DNA of 64,000 bases from Promethearchaeota archaeon (GCA_048938895.1 JBHLLU010000005.1:55527-119526); one strand, 5' to 3'. Positions 1-11,585 are shown, numbered from the stretch's first letter. Translations and numbers: made by a program. Notes: a model not told the origin generated them from the sequence alone.

Positions 1-1
1 T

Positions 2-1747
2 GGAATATCAGGTAAAGTCAAAGTTGGCTTTGGGAAATATCCAATATTGAATGCTATGGCATATGGATCAATTTTTGATAAAAGGATAGCTGTTATTGCT
101 GAGGATCTAAATCAAATTCCTGAAGACGAACTAAAGGGAATAGTCGCTCACGAATTAGCTCATACAAAAGGAAAACATACGCTGATATTGACATTAATTA
201 CCACATCTGATCTTATAATAAGAATGATTTTCGGGATTCCTGCAACTTATTACGATTATACTTTTGGTAATCCTTCAATTCCTTTATTCATTTTTATTCT
301 ATTAAATCTATTAATTTACTTTTTCCTCTTTATTTTTGTAAGAATTTTAGAAGGAAAGGCGGATTTAAGAACAAAAAAAGCAGGTTACGCTATTGAGCTA
401 GCAAAAGCATTATACAATTTAGAAAGTTTTTATGCCTCAGGGAGAGAAATTGGATTTAATACTATGTTATTATGTGAAGAGAAAATTTCAAGGGACAATC
501 TGTTATTAGATTATATGAACACAGCTACTTATTTATACAGTTCGATGATAAAACCTTCAAAAGCTTCTCTTTTAGGTACATTTTTAAATTCTCATCCCCC
601 AAGTTACTTTAGAATAGCCGCAGTATTAGGAGATAAATTAAAACCGGGTAAAGAGGCTATTTTACCATTTATTTGCTTAAAAAAGGCAAAACAGAAGAAG
701 TATGGCAGATTATTTGAGACTACTCGTCAGAGTTTTAAAATAATTGCTAACGACAAATTTAAAGAGTTTTTTAAAGTCAATCAAATTTCTTCATTACTAG
801 ATAATTTACAGAGAAAAGAAACCTATAAGTATGATCTCAAAAAAGATTACATTTTCATAAACAAAACAACAGACGACATTTTATTGGGACATCTCGAGGA
901 TATTGCACTGCAAGATGATATTTGTGCTAGTGATCGGTTTATCATTAGAAATTTAATTACTCATGAGGAACAAAGAATAGAAGCTATTAAATATTCACTT
1001 ACTCGAGTTAATTTAAATGAAATTTATTATTTCCAAAATGAGACTCCACTTATCTTAAAGCAAATTGATATTAATGAAAATTCAAATGATTCTAATTATG
1101 TCTTTTTAGATAAGAACAATAATCAAATTCAAAAACCAATTTTAAAAACGAAAATGCCGAATTCAATGGCAATTATAAACAACTTAAAGAACACAGAGAT
1201 ATTTCTAAAGAGTAAAGGTAAACTAAAAATATTAAAGTGTGTGGATGTTATTAAAGCTACTAAATTGGACGATTATGAAATAATCCTTTCTGAATCTGGC
1301 GTAAATAATAACCAAAATCAAAAAAAATATACAATTAAAAACTTAATTATTAAACCTCAAAGGATCTATTTACCTATAAGCAAGGATCGTCGTTACAGAA
1401 AATCAGAATTGAGAATATTTAATTGGACAAAAAATAATCATATTTTACTTTATTTATATCTAAAAAAACCAGTGAATAATTTAGAAATTGGCTACGTTCA
1501 AGATTTAGATGTATTTAATGAAGAAATTCATAATAAATCTGAATATAAAGAAAGGACAAAAACCGATTTTATCCATCTAAAAAATATTTTTGGATCCGAG
1601 ATTGATATTCCTTATGATAAGATAGAATCTATTAGCTTTAAATATAAGAGCGCTATAATACAAATCAAATCTGCAACAAGTCTTTCCAGTCGGTTAGGCT
1701 ACAAATTATTGAAGAAGGTTAAACCTGAAAGAATTATAATTACTTAA
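2..1747 (+). CDS. M48 (HtpX/Ste24-like) membrane zinc metalloprotease with long unassigned C-terminal extension; 5' end lies outside the window
   Basis: HELAH (HEXXH), downstream EGKAD and SHPP motifs, hydrophobic helices; frame is open back to position 2. Confidence 0.85.
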   Translation, partial: GISGKVKVGFGKYPILNAMAYGSIFDKRIAVIAEDLNQIPEDELKGIVAHELAHTKGKHTLILTLITTSDLIIRMIFGIPATYYDYTFGNPSIPLFIFILLNLLIYFFLFIFVRILEGKADLRTKKAGYAIELAKALYNLESFYASGREIGFNTMLLCEEKISRDNLLLDYMNTATYLYSSMIKPSKASLLGTFLNSHPPSYFRIAAVLGDKLKPGKEAILPFICLKKAKQKKYGRLFETTRQSFKIIANDKFKEFFKVNQISSLLDNLQRKETYKYDLKKDYIFINKTTDDILLGHLEDIALQDDICASDRFIIRNLITHEEQRIEAIKYSLTRVNLNEIYYFQNETPLILKQIDINENSNDSNYVFLDKNNNQIQKPILKTKMPNSMAIINNLKNTEIFLKSKGKLKILKCVDVIKATKLDDYEIILSESGVNNNQNQKKYTIKNLIIKPQRIYLPISKDRRYRKSELRIFNWTKNNHILLYLYLKKPVNNLEIGYVQDLDVFNEEIHNKSEYKERTKTDFIHLKNIFGSEIDIPYDKIESISFKYKSAIIQIKSATSLSSRLGYKLLKKVKPERIIIT

Positions 1748-1785
1748 TAATATTTAATATTTATGTCTCTTTTAAGAAGTTAATA

Positions 1786-2703
1786 ATGACGAGTAAAATT
1801 CGGAGTATTTTAAATCTCCTACGAATACGACAATATTATAAAAACACTATGATTTTTGTCGGAGTTTTTTTTAGTGAAAAATTATTTGAGACCTCTCTCT
1901 ATTTTACTCTTATACTGGGATTTATTGTACTATGTTGTGCTTCTTCATTTAATTATATTATAAATGATATTAGGGATATTGAAAACGATAGATTACACTC
2001 TGAGAAGCTGAAAAAAAAACCACTTGCTTCTGGTGAACTCACCCTTTATTTTGCTATTGTAATTTTAATTGCATTAATTTTTATAATGGTTTTTTCCCTG
2101 ATATTTCTCATTCCTAATTTAGGTTTTACGGTTATTATAATTTTAATGATTATAACCGGTCAACTCTATAATCATCTTTTTAAGAATTATTCTTTTATTG
2201 ATATAATTATTTTATCTACGGGATACATTTGGAGAGCCTTAGCAGGGTGTGCTATCATTAATGAATTTGTTTCAGCTTGGTTATTTTTGGCTATTTTTGA
2301 ATTAGCTATGTTCCTAAGTATTGCTAAAAGAAAAGGAGACTTAGAATTTCTTGGAAAAGAGAAAGCAGTGAATCATAAGAAGACCTATGACCAATATTCA
2401 CTAAAACTGCTTGATGATTTTAACATTATCATAGCAGGATCATTATTTATGACATATGCTCTGTATCTGATAATTCGTTTCAATTTAGCCGAACCAGGAA
2501 TCCCTGAGCTTTATGAATATATAGTAATAATCACTATCCCCATTTCTTTATATCTTCTTATGAGATATATGTATTTAACTTCAGCAAGACCAAAAATCGC
2601 TCGAAATACAGAAAGGGCATTTTTAGATAAAGGAATAATAATAGCAGGAGCAATATTAATGGGAATTCTCTTTTTTTCCTTTTATTTTGAATATATTTTT
2701 TAA
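1786..2703 (+). CDS. UbiA-family prenyltransferase (decaprenyl-phosphate phosphoribosyltransferase-like)
   Basis: RIRQYYKN, YIINDIRDIENDRLH, KPLASG and KRKGDL motifs; multi-TM. Confidence 0.85.
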   Translation: MTSKIRSILNLLRIRQYYKNTMIFVGVFFSEKLFETSLYFTLILGFIVLCCASSFNYIINDIRDIENDRLHSEKLKKKPLASGELTLYFAIVILIALIFIMVFSLIFLIPNLGFTVIIILMIITGQLYNHLFKNYSFIDIIILSTGYIWRALAGCAIINEFVSAWLFLAIFELAMFLSIAKRKGDLEFLGKEKAVNHKKTYDQYSLKLLDDFNIIIAGSLFMTYALYLIIRFNLAEPGIPELYEYIVIITIPISLYLLMRYMYLTSARPKIARNTERAFLDKGIIIAGAILMGILFFSFYFEYIF

Positions 2704-2987
2704 TAATGAATTTCTCAATTTATACCCATCGATTTCCCACGTTAAGAAAATTGATTCGATTCGTATAGTTAGATACATTCATTATCTTATTTACCTTTTT
2801 GACTAAAAATGAAATAAAAAAACCAACTTTTGAAAAACTATAAATAAATGCTTATGAAGCTCTAAACTTACTTTTATGATTTCAAAGAATAATGAGAAAA
2901 AAAGGATAAAACTTATAAGCTTACGAATTTAAAAACATATTTAACAAATATCTAAATAAAATTAAAAAAAATTTTAGTGAATTCAAT

Positions 2988-4808
2988 ATGGAAATGGAAA
3001 AGAAAAATTTGGCTATAATAATCTTAGCCGTTGTACTTGCCGCTTCCGGTATTGGTAATGTTATTCTTGCTGTAACTTCTGGTTTGGTTACTAAACCACC
3101 AAGTGGTACAACAGTAGTATATGGTTACGGCTCAAATCCCGCAGCTCTTGACCCTGTCGATACGTGGGATGTCCCTTCACATGTTATTCAACATCAGATT
3201 ACCGAATCTTTAGTTGAATATGATTTATCCTCATATATTAGAACAGGTATCCATAATTATACCTTAAAACCTGTATTATGTGAATATTGGATTAGGGAAT
3301 CTCCTACACGATGGTCATATAAGTTAAGAGAAAATGTATATTTCCATGATAATACAAAAATGACTGCGGAAGATGTAATGTGGAATTTTGAAAGGGTTCA
3401 ATGGTTTATTAACTCAACTGGAAATCTTCCTGCAAACGCTACATCTTGGGAAGCCTTTCCATCCTCACTTTATTTCCTAAGTAATGGTGATCCTATTTTT
3501 GACCATTTTGAGGCAAATGATGCTGTTGACCCATACAACTTCACCATAGTTACAACCGCACCTTTTGGTGCATTAAATGACCTACTCGCTTTTGGTGCAA
3601 CCAATATTTTATCCCCTGAATCTACTCCTTTCTATAAGTATTTAGATTTGGCAAAAGATAAATTAGTTGGTACTGGTCCTTATGAATATGAGCACTTTAA
3701 AAGAGATAAGGAAGTACGATTGACCAGAAGTAGTGTTTACTGGGGTTTTGCGGGATATTTTGAAACCGCAGTAATAAGAATCATTGAAGATGATACAGCT
3801 CGAATGACCGCAGGTTTAGCTGGACAATTTGATTATGTCGGCGGTGTTCCAAAGACATACATCGATACGTTTGATGCTGATCCTAATTTCCATGTAGAAG
3901 ATGTCGGCGAGGATCTATGTTATTTCTATCTAGAAATTTACTGTGGTCCACGAGACATCAATGGAGATATGATTGTACCTGGTGATTATCAATATCAGAA
4001 AAACCCAGCATACTTAAGAAGGGCTCTTGCGTTAGCTATCAACTACACATACATTTATAATGAAATTCAGAGTGGTTATGCTGTCGAAGGAACAACTGCT
4101 GTTCCTCGTGCAATGCCTGGTCATAATGCATCAGTAGTTCAGGCGAGTGCTGGAGCTTATGCAACCAATTTAGTAGCAGCAAGACAAGTTCTCTTAGATA
4201 ATGCAGGAGATATTCTAGCTCGAGGTGGTCTCGACATTAGTAGTTTTGATGTTAATACTGATTCCGACTGGACTGGGAAAAACATCATTGGCAGATCCTT
4301 AGAAATTAATAGACACTTTGGTTCTACCACTAATCTACGGATGAATCAATTAATGGAAGCTAACTTTGACTTGATTGGAATTCAAACTGTTGAGACGATA
4401 AGAGAATGGGGAGATTATCTAGATACAGGAGAGCAAACTCCATGGGAAATGGATATTGGGTATATTGGATGGTGTCCAGATTACCTCAATCCTTTCAACA
4501 TGATAGATCCTCTTTTTAACTTGGCTTCTCATTCATGCTTTTCACGGATTAACGATACTACTCCTGGTACTGGATTAACAGCATTGATGAATGCTGCCGC
4601 AGCTGCTTCAGGTCCGACACAACTTGATTTATATGGAGATATTCAATCATTAATCTATGATATAAATAGACCAATAAATCCTGCAAGTCACGCCCATATC
4701 AGTGGTTGGGTATACTTAGTACAACAAACTCATAAGACTTCCTTAAAGGGAGTTCAATACAACGTTATGACAATGGTTGAGATTTCGAAGTGGTATAGAG
4801 AAGATTAA
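2988..4808 (+). CDS. oppA: Peptide ABC transporter substrate-binding protein (family 5)
   Basis: N-terminal TM/signal, LDP, LRENVYFHD, GTGPY, GWCPDY motifs; upstream of permeases. Confidence 0.9.
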   Translation: MEMEKKNLAIIILAVVLAASGIGNVILAVTSGLVTKPPSGTTVVYGYGSNPAALDPVDTWDVPSHVIQHQITESLVEYDLSSYIRTGIHNYTLKPVLCEYWIRESPTRWSYKLRENVYFHDNTKMTAEDVMWNFERVQWFINSTGNLPANATSWEAFPSSLYFLSNGDPIFDHFEANDAVDPYNFTIVTTAPFGALNDLLAFGATNILSPESTPFYKYLDLAKDKLVGTGPYEYEHFKRDKEVRLTRSSVYWGFAGYFETAVIRIIEDDTARMTAGLAGQFDYVGGVPKTYIDTFDADPNFHVEDVGEDLCYFYLEIYCGPRDINGDMIVPGDYQYQKNPAYLRRALALAINYTYIYNEIQSGYAVEGTTAVPRAMPGHNASVVQASAGAYATNLVAARQVLLDNAGDILARGGLDISSFDVNTDSDWTGKNIIGRSLEINRHFGSTTNLRMNQLMEANFDLIGIQTVETIREWGDYLDTGEQTPWEMDIGYIGWCPDYLNPFNMIDPLFNLASHSCFSRINDTTPGTGLTALMNAAAAASGPTQLDLYGDIQSLIYDINRPINPASHAHISGWVYLVQQTHKTSLKGVQYNVMTMVEISKWYRED

Positions 4809-4846
4809 ATGTCTTCTTAATATACAAATAAAATTTTTAATTATCC

Positions 4847-4874
4847 TTTTTTTTTCTTTATTTTTTCTTATTTT
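4847..4874 (+). terminator. Oligo-T tract, probable archaeal intrinsic terminator
   Basis: T-rich run shortly after the oppA stop. Confidence 0.5.
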
Positions 4875-5155
4875 AGTAATTAGTTAATAGAGAGTAAGAC
4901 GTTAATTTCAACCTACAAGCTTATAACAAAGTACCAGCCAATTTACTTCAGAGAAAATAAGTTATGAAATATTTAGCCCAACATAAATAATTACAAATGA
5001 ACACACTAAAGTTATATTAAGCGGACTTTTCACAATAACTCAATACTTCTTAAACCAAATGGAATATTTAATAAGGGATCAAATCTAAATAATTATAATT
5101 TTCATATTACTGTAAAAATTTACGTGAAAAGATACATTTATGAAGTGAGAAAACG

Positions 5156-5629
5156 ATGAAATTTTCAAGAATTAAAATCGGGAGACAAGGCAACTTTTTA
5201 CTGGGGATTATAATGATTTTTTTTATATTTTTCGGATATATTGCTAATGAATACCCAAGAAGTTTTGAAGGAGATATTACGATTGGAAACGAGTTACTTT
5301 TCTTATATCAAGTACTTTTTAATCAAAAAACCTTTTGGTCTTTTGTTATTCTATTTGTTATCATGTTTTTCTTAGCATTGAGAGAATCATTTTACGAATA
5401 TGCAATTAGAAATAGTATTTGGTATATTCCTGTAATAATTATAATATCGTGGTTTTGGTACTGGTTACTTTTTGGATTTGATCCTTCTGTATTTTATATC
5501 TATTTTATTACTATTGAAGGTTATCTAACAATTGCAACATTGTTATGCATTAATCTCTTAGCAGCAATCTCAGCATCTGTAATCAACGAAAAACGTAAAG
5601 AGTTATTACAAATTGAAGATTTAAAATAA
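5156..5629 (+). CDS. Hypothetical four-TM membrane protein
   Basis: Four hydrophobic segments; 30 nt upstream of oppB. Confidence 0.7.
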   Translation: MKFSRIKIGRQGNFLLGIIMIFFIFFGYIANEYPRSFEGDITIGNELLFLYQVLFNQKTFWSFVILFVIMFFLALRESFYEYAIRNSIWYIPVIIIISWFWYWLLFGFDPSVFYIYFITIEGYLTIATLLCINLLAAISASVINEKRKELLQIEDLK

Positions 5630-5659
5630 AAATTTAATTAAAAAAAGGACTAAATTATC

Positions 5660-6691
5660 ATGAGTTTGCTTAAATATATAATTAGAAGATTAATTATAAT
5701 GATCCCGGTACTATTTGGAGTGTTAACTTTAACATTCATACTTTCTAGATTAATGCCAGGAGATCCTATTGCGGCACGATTAGCTGCTGCAGGAATTCAT
5801 AATCCCTCGCAAGGATTATATCATCAGATGAAATGTCAGCTCGGTTTATGTGATCCAATAATAGTTCAATATTTTAGATATATGGGAGAGTTGTTTACAG
5901 GACATTGGGGTAAATCAGTGTCGATTGTAAGAAATCAACCCGTCTGGAATCTTATTATGGATAGAATGCCCTTAACTATTGATCTTACCATATTTTCATT
6001 AACAATAGCATCCTATTTCGGAATTAAAGCAGGAGTAATTTCAGCTACTCACAGGAATAAAACACCTGATACAGTTGTAAGAGGATTTGCTTTAGTTGGA
6101 GTAGCATTACCAGTATTCTTCCTAGGCATGCTTCTTCAATACTTTCTAGGATATCAATTAAATTGGTTTGAACCGACCGGATATTTGAGTGCAAAATACC
6201 AAGATCCTGAATATACAACGGGTTTCATAATCATTGATGCATTACTATCAGGTGAGTGGTATCTAATCGGAGACTATTTATGGCATTTAATACTTCCCGT
6301 CTTCTGTCTATCATTCATTATGCTTGCTTCAATTACACGACAAACTCGTTCAAGTATGCTGGAAGTACTAGAACAAGATTTCGTTAGAACTGCCAGAGCA
6401 AAAGGTTGTAAAGAAAAATCAGTAATACATTCCCACGCTTTAAGAAATGCTATGATTCCGACTGTTACCATAATAGGAATGAGTATTGCAGGATTATTGG
6501 GAGGCGCCGTTCTAACTGAAACCACATTTGGACTAACTGGGATGGGAAAATTATTTGTTGATGCAATTTTGTTATACGATTACTGGGTGTTATCCGCATT
6601 GGTCTTTATGATTACAATATTGTTTATCTCAGCAAACTTGCTAACTGACGTAATTTATGCTGTACTTGATCCAAGAATTAGATATGGATAA
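5660..6691 (+). CDS. oppB: Peptide ABC transporter permease
   Basis: YIIRRL, MPGDP, RTARAKG EAA loop, LDPRIRY end. Confidence 0.95.
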   Translation: MSLLKYIIRRLIIMIPVLFGVLTLTFILSRLMPGDPIAARLAAAGIHNPSQGLYHQMKCQLGLCDPIIVQYFRYMGELFTGHWGKSVSIVRNQPVWNLIMDRMPLTIDLTIFSLTIASYFGIKAGVISATHRNKTPDTVVRGFALVGVALPVFFLGMLLQYFLGYQLNWFEPTGYLSAKYQDPEYTTGFIIIDALLSGEWYLIGDYLWHLILPVFCLSFIMLASITRQTRSSMLEVLEQDFVRTARAKGCKEKSVIHSHALRNAMIPTVTIIGMSIAGLLGGAVLTETTFGLTGMGKLFVDAILLYDYWVLSALVFMITILFISANLLTDVIYAVLDPRIRYG

Positions 6692-6719
6692 AAATTACTA
6701 AAAAAGATGTGATAAAAAT

Positions 6720-7730
6720 ATGGAAAAACCTTATGTAGTTGTTGAAAAAGAAATAGGAGAGGAACTATTAGAAGAAGAAAGCCATTCAAGAAATATTATA
6801 TCTTGGTTCTCTAAAAACCTTAAGTTTCTTGTACTGCCAGGGTCAAGAATAGAAGAATTAACAATCCGCGAATTTGAATATGAGAAAAATATTAGCAAAA
6901 GATCCCTCGTTAGGAGATTAAAAAATCCTTTAACAATTTTAGGCTTCTCTATAATATTTTTTATTGTGACATTAGCTATATTTGCACCTTGGATTTCACC
7001 CCAATCATTTAATTTTGCATTATTACCCCAACCAGGTTCATGGAATCCACCATCTCCCGAACACCCATTAGGACAAACAGTAATGGGGGGAGATGTCTTT
7101 TCGAGGTTAATATGGGGTGCTAGAACTTCCCTTACAATATCCCTACCATCAATTTCTATTAGTGTTATTGGAGGTGTCGCTTTTGGAGTTATTGCCGCAT
7201 ATTATGGAGGGTGGGTTGATTCCCTAATTATGAGAATTTGTGATGTATTCCTTGCATTTCCTTCACTAATCCTCTCATTGGTGTTTATTGCAATATATGG
7301 ACCTTATATTGAGATTATTTTAATGGTATGGGGATTTTTAGGAATTCCTATATATGCTCGATTAATCAGAGGAAATGTATTACAAGCTCGGGAATTACCG
7401 TATATTGAAGCAGCAAGAGTTGCTGGAGCGGGGAATTGGAGAATAATGTTTCGACATATACTACCTAATGTTATTCAACCGATTATTGTCTTCTTCACTT
7501 TCGATATAGGTGCTTACATTTTAGGTCTAGCAGGTCTGTCTTTTTTGGGCGTGAATCAATCTATATTAATTGAATGGGGAAATGATATCAATGTGGCTAG
7601 AGAAAATCCCTATGAGGCACCATGGGCGGGATTATGGCCAGGTTTTATGATATTTCTAACAGTATTAGGTTTCATGTTAGTTGGGGATGGTTTACGAGAC
7701 GCATTGGATCCAAGATTGAAAAACTTATAA
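6720..7730 (+). CDS. oppC: Peptide ABC transporter permease
   Basis: HPLG, YIEAARVAGA, RHILPN, GDGLRDALDPR. Confidence 0.95.
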   Translation: MEKPYVVVEKEIGEELLEEESHSRNIISWFSKNLKFLVLPGSRIEELTIREFEYEKNISKRSLVRRLKNPLTILGFSIIFFIVTLAIFAPWISPQSFNFALLPQPGSWNPPSPEHPLGQTVMGGDVFSRLIWGARTSLTISLPSISISVIGGVAFGVIAAYYGGWVDSLIMRICDVFLAFPSLILSLVFIAIYGPYIEIILMVWGFLGIPIYARLIRGNVLQARELPYIEAARVAGAGNWRIMFRHILPNVIQPIIVFFTFDIGAYILGLAGLSFLGVNQSILIEWGNDINVARENPYEAPWAGLWPGFMIFLTVLGFMLVGDGLRDALDPRLKNL

Positions 7731-7776
7731 TATCTTTAAATATTTTATTTTTTAACGATAGGAAATAAAAAACACA

Positions 7777-9033
7777 ATGAACATTGCTGAAAATAATAAA
7801 AGTACTATTGGTACGGACACTAAACCTGATGCATCACAAAAATTATTAGAAGTTAAAAATCTAAAGACGTACTTCTATACAGAAGAAGGTATTGTTAAGG
7901 CAGTAGATGGCGTATCTTTCGATATTTATGAAGATGAAGTACTTGGACTTGTAGGGGAAACAGGTTGTGGTAAATCAGTGACAGCATTATCAATTTTACA
8001 ATTAGTAAGAGCTCCGGGTAAAATTATTGACGGTTCAGTAATTTTTAAAGGTAAAAACCTTTTAAAAATGAAAGAATCTGAAGTAAGAAATTTTCGTGGG
8101 AAAGATATCACAATGATATTTCAAGATCCATTAAATTCACTTAATCCTGTATTTACCGTTGGAAGGCAAATTTCTGAAGTATTCTATTTGCACCAGGAAA
8201 CAGAATTAAAGAAAGAATTAGACAAACTATTATTAGAAAGAAGAACTAGATTAGAAGAAAAGAAAAATCTTGAACAAACTATAAATGATGAAGAAATTCA
8301 ATTAACTGAAGAAGAAAGAGAAGAAGTCGCTTCTAAAATAGAAGAATTAAAAGATCTTACAAGACATATCCCAACTTTAAAAGATGTTGCTCTAAAAAGA
8401 TCAGAACAAATTATTAAAGAAGTAGGGATCCCAGATGCAAAGGGGATTTTAAAAAGATATCCTCATGAATTAAGTGGTGGGATGAGGCAACGTGTTATGA
8501 TTGCTATGGGTCTTTCATGTAATCCCGCGCTTTTAATCGCGGATGAACCGACAACAGCTCTAGATGTTACTATTCAAGCTCAAATCCTTGATTTAATGAA
8601 AGACTTAATTAATAAATTCAGAACATCAATTCTTATAATTACTCACGATTTAGGAATAATAGCTGAATTGTGTGATAGGATTGCAGTTATGTATAGTGGA
8701 AATATTGTTGAATACGCTACAGCAGAGGATCTATTTAAAAATCCACGTCATCCATATACCAAAGGGCTAATTGGCGCAATACCAAGTATCGAGAAGAAGA
8801 ACCAGAAACTGCAAACTATTCGAGGGATGGTCCCTAATCTTATATATCCTCCATCAGGATGCAGATTTCACCCTCGATGTGATTATAGAATGGAAATTTG
8901 TGATAAAGTAAAACCTCAATTGACAGAAATTGCTCACAGATATTTTGTTGCATGCCATCTTTTTGATCCTAAATACAAGGATTCACCTAAGTATGTTTGG
9001 ACAAAAGAGGATGAAGTTTTATTAAAAGTATAA
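7777..9033 (+). CDS. oppD: Peptide ABC transporter ATP-binding protein with coiled-coil insertion
   Basis: GETGCGKS, LSGGMRQR, DEPTTALD, C-terminal GCRFHPRC. Confidence 0.95.
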   Translation: MNIAENNKSTIGTDTKPDASQKLLEVKNLKTYFYTEEGIVKAVDGVSFDIYEDEVLGLVGETGCGKSVTALSILQLVRAPGKIIDGSVIFKGKNLLKMKESEVRNFRGKDITMIFQDPLNSLNPVFTVGRQISEVFYLHQETELKKELDKLLLERRTRLEEKKNLEQTINDEEIQLTEEEREEVASKIEELKDLTRHIPTLKDVALKRSEQIIKEVGIPDAKGILKRYPHELSGGMRQRVMIAMGLSCNPALLIADEPTTALDVTIQAQILDLMKDLINKFRTSILIITHDLGIIAELCDRIAVMYSGNIVEYATAEDLFKNPRHPYTKGLIGAIPSIEKKNQKLQTIRGMVPNLIYPPSGCRFHPRCDYRMEICDKVKPQLTEIAHRYFVACHLFDPKYKDSPKYVWTKEDEVLLKV

Positions 9034-9054
9034 TAAATTAAGGAATTAATAAAA

Positions 9055-10311
9055 ATGACTACTCCAGAATTAAATACTAAAGAAACTGAATGGGATAAAA
9101 CTAAGCGTATAAGAAAAAGGCAGGCTATTATTCGTGTTAAAGACCTTAAGACATACTATCCAATTTTAGGAGGATTGTTTAAACGTAAAATTGGAGAAGT
9201 AAAAGCTGTTGATGGAGTGACTTTTAATCTTTACAAAAATGAAACTTTAGGATTAGTTGGAGAAAGCGGATGCGGGAAAACTACAATTGGAAATACAGTT
9301 CTAAACCTGGTGAAAAACACTGCAGGAGAAATATATTACGGAGATAGAAGGGTTGATTTAGGAAGGATAGAAGGGTTAACAGAACGGATTCTTCGCAAAT
9401 ACAAAACACTTGTTCTTAATGCAATACCTAATTTGTATAAAAAAAATGCGAAAAATATCGAAAAAGTGATATCTAATAGCCCCTCATTTATAAAGAAAAG
9501 ATTTCCTCAATACAAAAAACAATATCGACAGCTAGAAAAAGATTTTCTTATAGATAAGTTTTTACGTAAGAAAATTCAAATGGTATTTCAAGATCCTGAT
9601 GCTTCTCTAAATCCACGATGGAAAATTGTAAATATTATCGGTGAACCATTAAGAATATTGGAAGGTCTAAAAAAAAGAAGAAAAATTCGGAAAAGAGTCT
9701 TGGAACTATTAGAAACAGTTTCAATGAAACCAGAACATTTAGATCGATATCCTCATGAATTTTCTGGGGGTCAAAAACAAAGAATAGTTATTGCAAGGGC
9801 ATTAGCAAGCAACCCTGAAGTTATAATTTTAGATGAACCAACATCAGCATTAGACGTTTCAGTACAAGCTCAAATTCTTAATTTATTAAAAGATCTTCAG
9901 AAAGAATTTGATTTATCTTATTTATTTATTACCCATGATCTTAGTGTGGTACAACATATCGCGGATAGAATTGCTGTAATGTATTTGGGAAAATTTGTTG
10001 AAACTGGAACAGTTGATGAAGTATTTTACAACCCTACACACCCTTATACTAAAGCATTATTATCAGCAAGACCCACATTCGATCCTAGCTCAAAAACAAA
10101 CCGAATAATCCTAGAAGGTGATGTTCCTAGTCCAATTAATCCTCCTGAGGGATGCGCGTTTCATCCAAGGTGTCCGGAAAAGGAAAATCATATAGGATGT
10201 GGTCTAGAAAATCCTAGAAAGATCCATCTTGGTGGAGATCATTATATGGTTTGTCTTCCCTTTAAAGACGAAACCAAGTCATATGAAGGTATGAAATTTA
10301 TTTCAGATTAA
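9055..10311 (+). CDS. oppF: Peptide ABC transporter ATP-binding protein with basic insertion
   Basis: GESGCGKT, FSGGQKQR, DEPTSALD, GCAFHPRC. Confidence 0.95.
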   Translation: MTTPELNTKETEWDKTKRIRKRQAIIRVKDLKTYYPILGGLFKRKIGEVKAVDGVTFNLYKNETLGLVGESGCGKTTIGNTVLNLVKNTAGEIYYGDRRVDLGRIEGLTERILRKYKTLVLNAIPNLYKKNAKNIEKVISNSPSFIKKRFPQYKKQYRQLEKDFLIDKFLRKKIQMVFQDPDASLNPRWKIVNIIGEPLRILEGLKKRRKIRKRVLELLETVSMKPEHLDRYPHEFSGGQKQRIVIARALASNPEVIILDEPTSALDVSVQAQILNLLKDLQKEFDLSYLFITHDLSVVQHIADRIAVMYLGKFVETGTVDEVFYNPTHPYTKALLSARPTFDPSSKTNRIILEGDVPSPINPPEGCAFHPRCPEKENHIGCGLENPRKIHLGGDHYMVCLPFKDETKSYEGMKFISD

Positions 10312-10412
10312 ATTAATTAATTTTTTTATCTTTTTTATTATTAATTTTCATTAGATAATTATAGTTCCTAGTATTATTTTATACATCCCGAATAATTAGA
10401 CAACATATCTAA

Positions 10413-11585
10413 ATGATGTCAAATAACTCCAAAATATACGTAATAAAAACTTCACCAGAAACTGTTTTAGAAGATTATCATAAGTTATTGTACTTAGCAG
10501 AATATCAAAAATACTTTAGTCCTCTAAATAAAATTATAGTGAAACTAAATTTAAGTTGGTCTAAATTCTTTCCCGCGTGTTCTAGTCCTCCATGGCAGTT
10601 AGAGGGAGTTATTAAAGCGATGCTTGAAGATGGTTATGATCCCAAGAGAATTTTTACTGCTGAAAACCGAACAGTTGTGACAAATATAGAAAAAGGATTG
10701 AAAGGAAATAAATGGAATCCAATTATAGAAAAATATAATGTTTGGTTTGTCCCATTGACACGCATTCCGTTTGTATCATATGAGTCACTTAGACCTAAGT
10801 TCTTAGATCTTAAAAATAAAAAACTTCACGCTCTTGATTCAAAAATATTTCCTGATGGATTTAAAATTCCTAAATTTTATGTAGGAAAACCAATAATTCA
10901 TCTCCCAACAATGAAGACTCATGGTCATACTGGAGCAATAGGAGGGTCATTAAAAAAAACATCTGAGGAAATGAAACACGGAGGTATAACTTGTGCCATG
11001 AAGAACGCTTTTGGGGGGCTTTTGACAAAAAGAAGGCATTTTTCACACCAGTATATGTCTGAGGTCTTAGTTGATCTTTTAATTATTCAGAAACAAATTC
11101 ATCCTCAAATCTTTTCAGTGGTTGATGGAACTGTATGTGGCGACGGAGCAGGACCAAGAACAATGATCCCCCGTATAAAAAATTACATCCTAGCAGGATA
11201 TGATCAAGTTGCTGTTGATACTGTTGTAGCACGAATGTTTGGTTTTGAACCAATGGATCTCCCTGCTATCAAACTTGCTCATGATGAGGGATTAGGATGT
11301 GGTGATTTTGATCAAATTGAAATGATCGGAGAGGATGTTTCCAAAATTAATTGGGATTTTAAAGTAAAACGCAGTGTGGTAATTTGGGGAGACCAAATGG
11401 TAAGAAAAGGGCCTTTACAATTTCTTTATCCATTATTTCGCAGTGAACTCTTCTTTTTAGGACCTACTTATGCTTCTATGATATATCATGATATGATATG
11501 GTATCCAACAATAGGGAAAAGAAGAATTAAAAATTTCTATAAAACTAAGTGGGGCAATAAATTCAGAAATTATCCAGAAAAATAA
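10413..11585 (+). CDS. DUF362-domain protein
   Basis: LPTMKTH, TCAMKNAFG, DQVAVD motifs. Confidence 0.8.
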   Translation: MMSNNSKIYVIKTSPETVLEDYHKLLYLAEYQKYFSPLNKIIVKLNLSWSKFFPACSSPPWQLEGVIKAMLEDGYDPKRIFTAENRTVVTNIEKGLKGNKWNPIIEKYNVWFVPLTRIPFVSYESLRPKFLDLKNKKLHALDSKIFPDGFKIPKFYVGKPIIHLPTMKTHGHTGAIGGSLKKTSEEMKHGGITCAMKNAFGGLLTKRRHFSHQYMSEVLVDLLIIQKQIHPQIFSVVDGTVCGDGAGPRTMIPRIKNYILAGYDQVAVDTVVARMFGFEPMDLPAIKLAHDEGLGCGDFDQIEMIGEDVSKINWDFKVKRSVVIWGDQMVRKGPLQFLYPLFRSELFFLGPTYASMIYHDMIWYPTIGKRRIKNFYKTKWGNKFRNYPEK

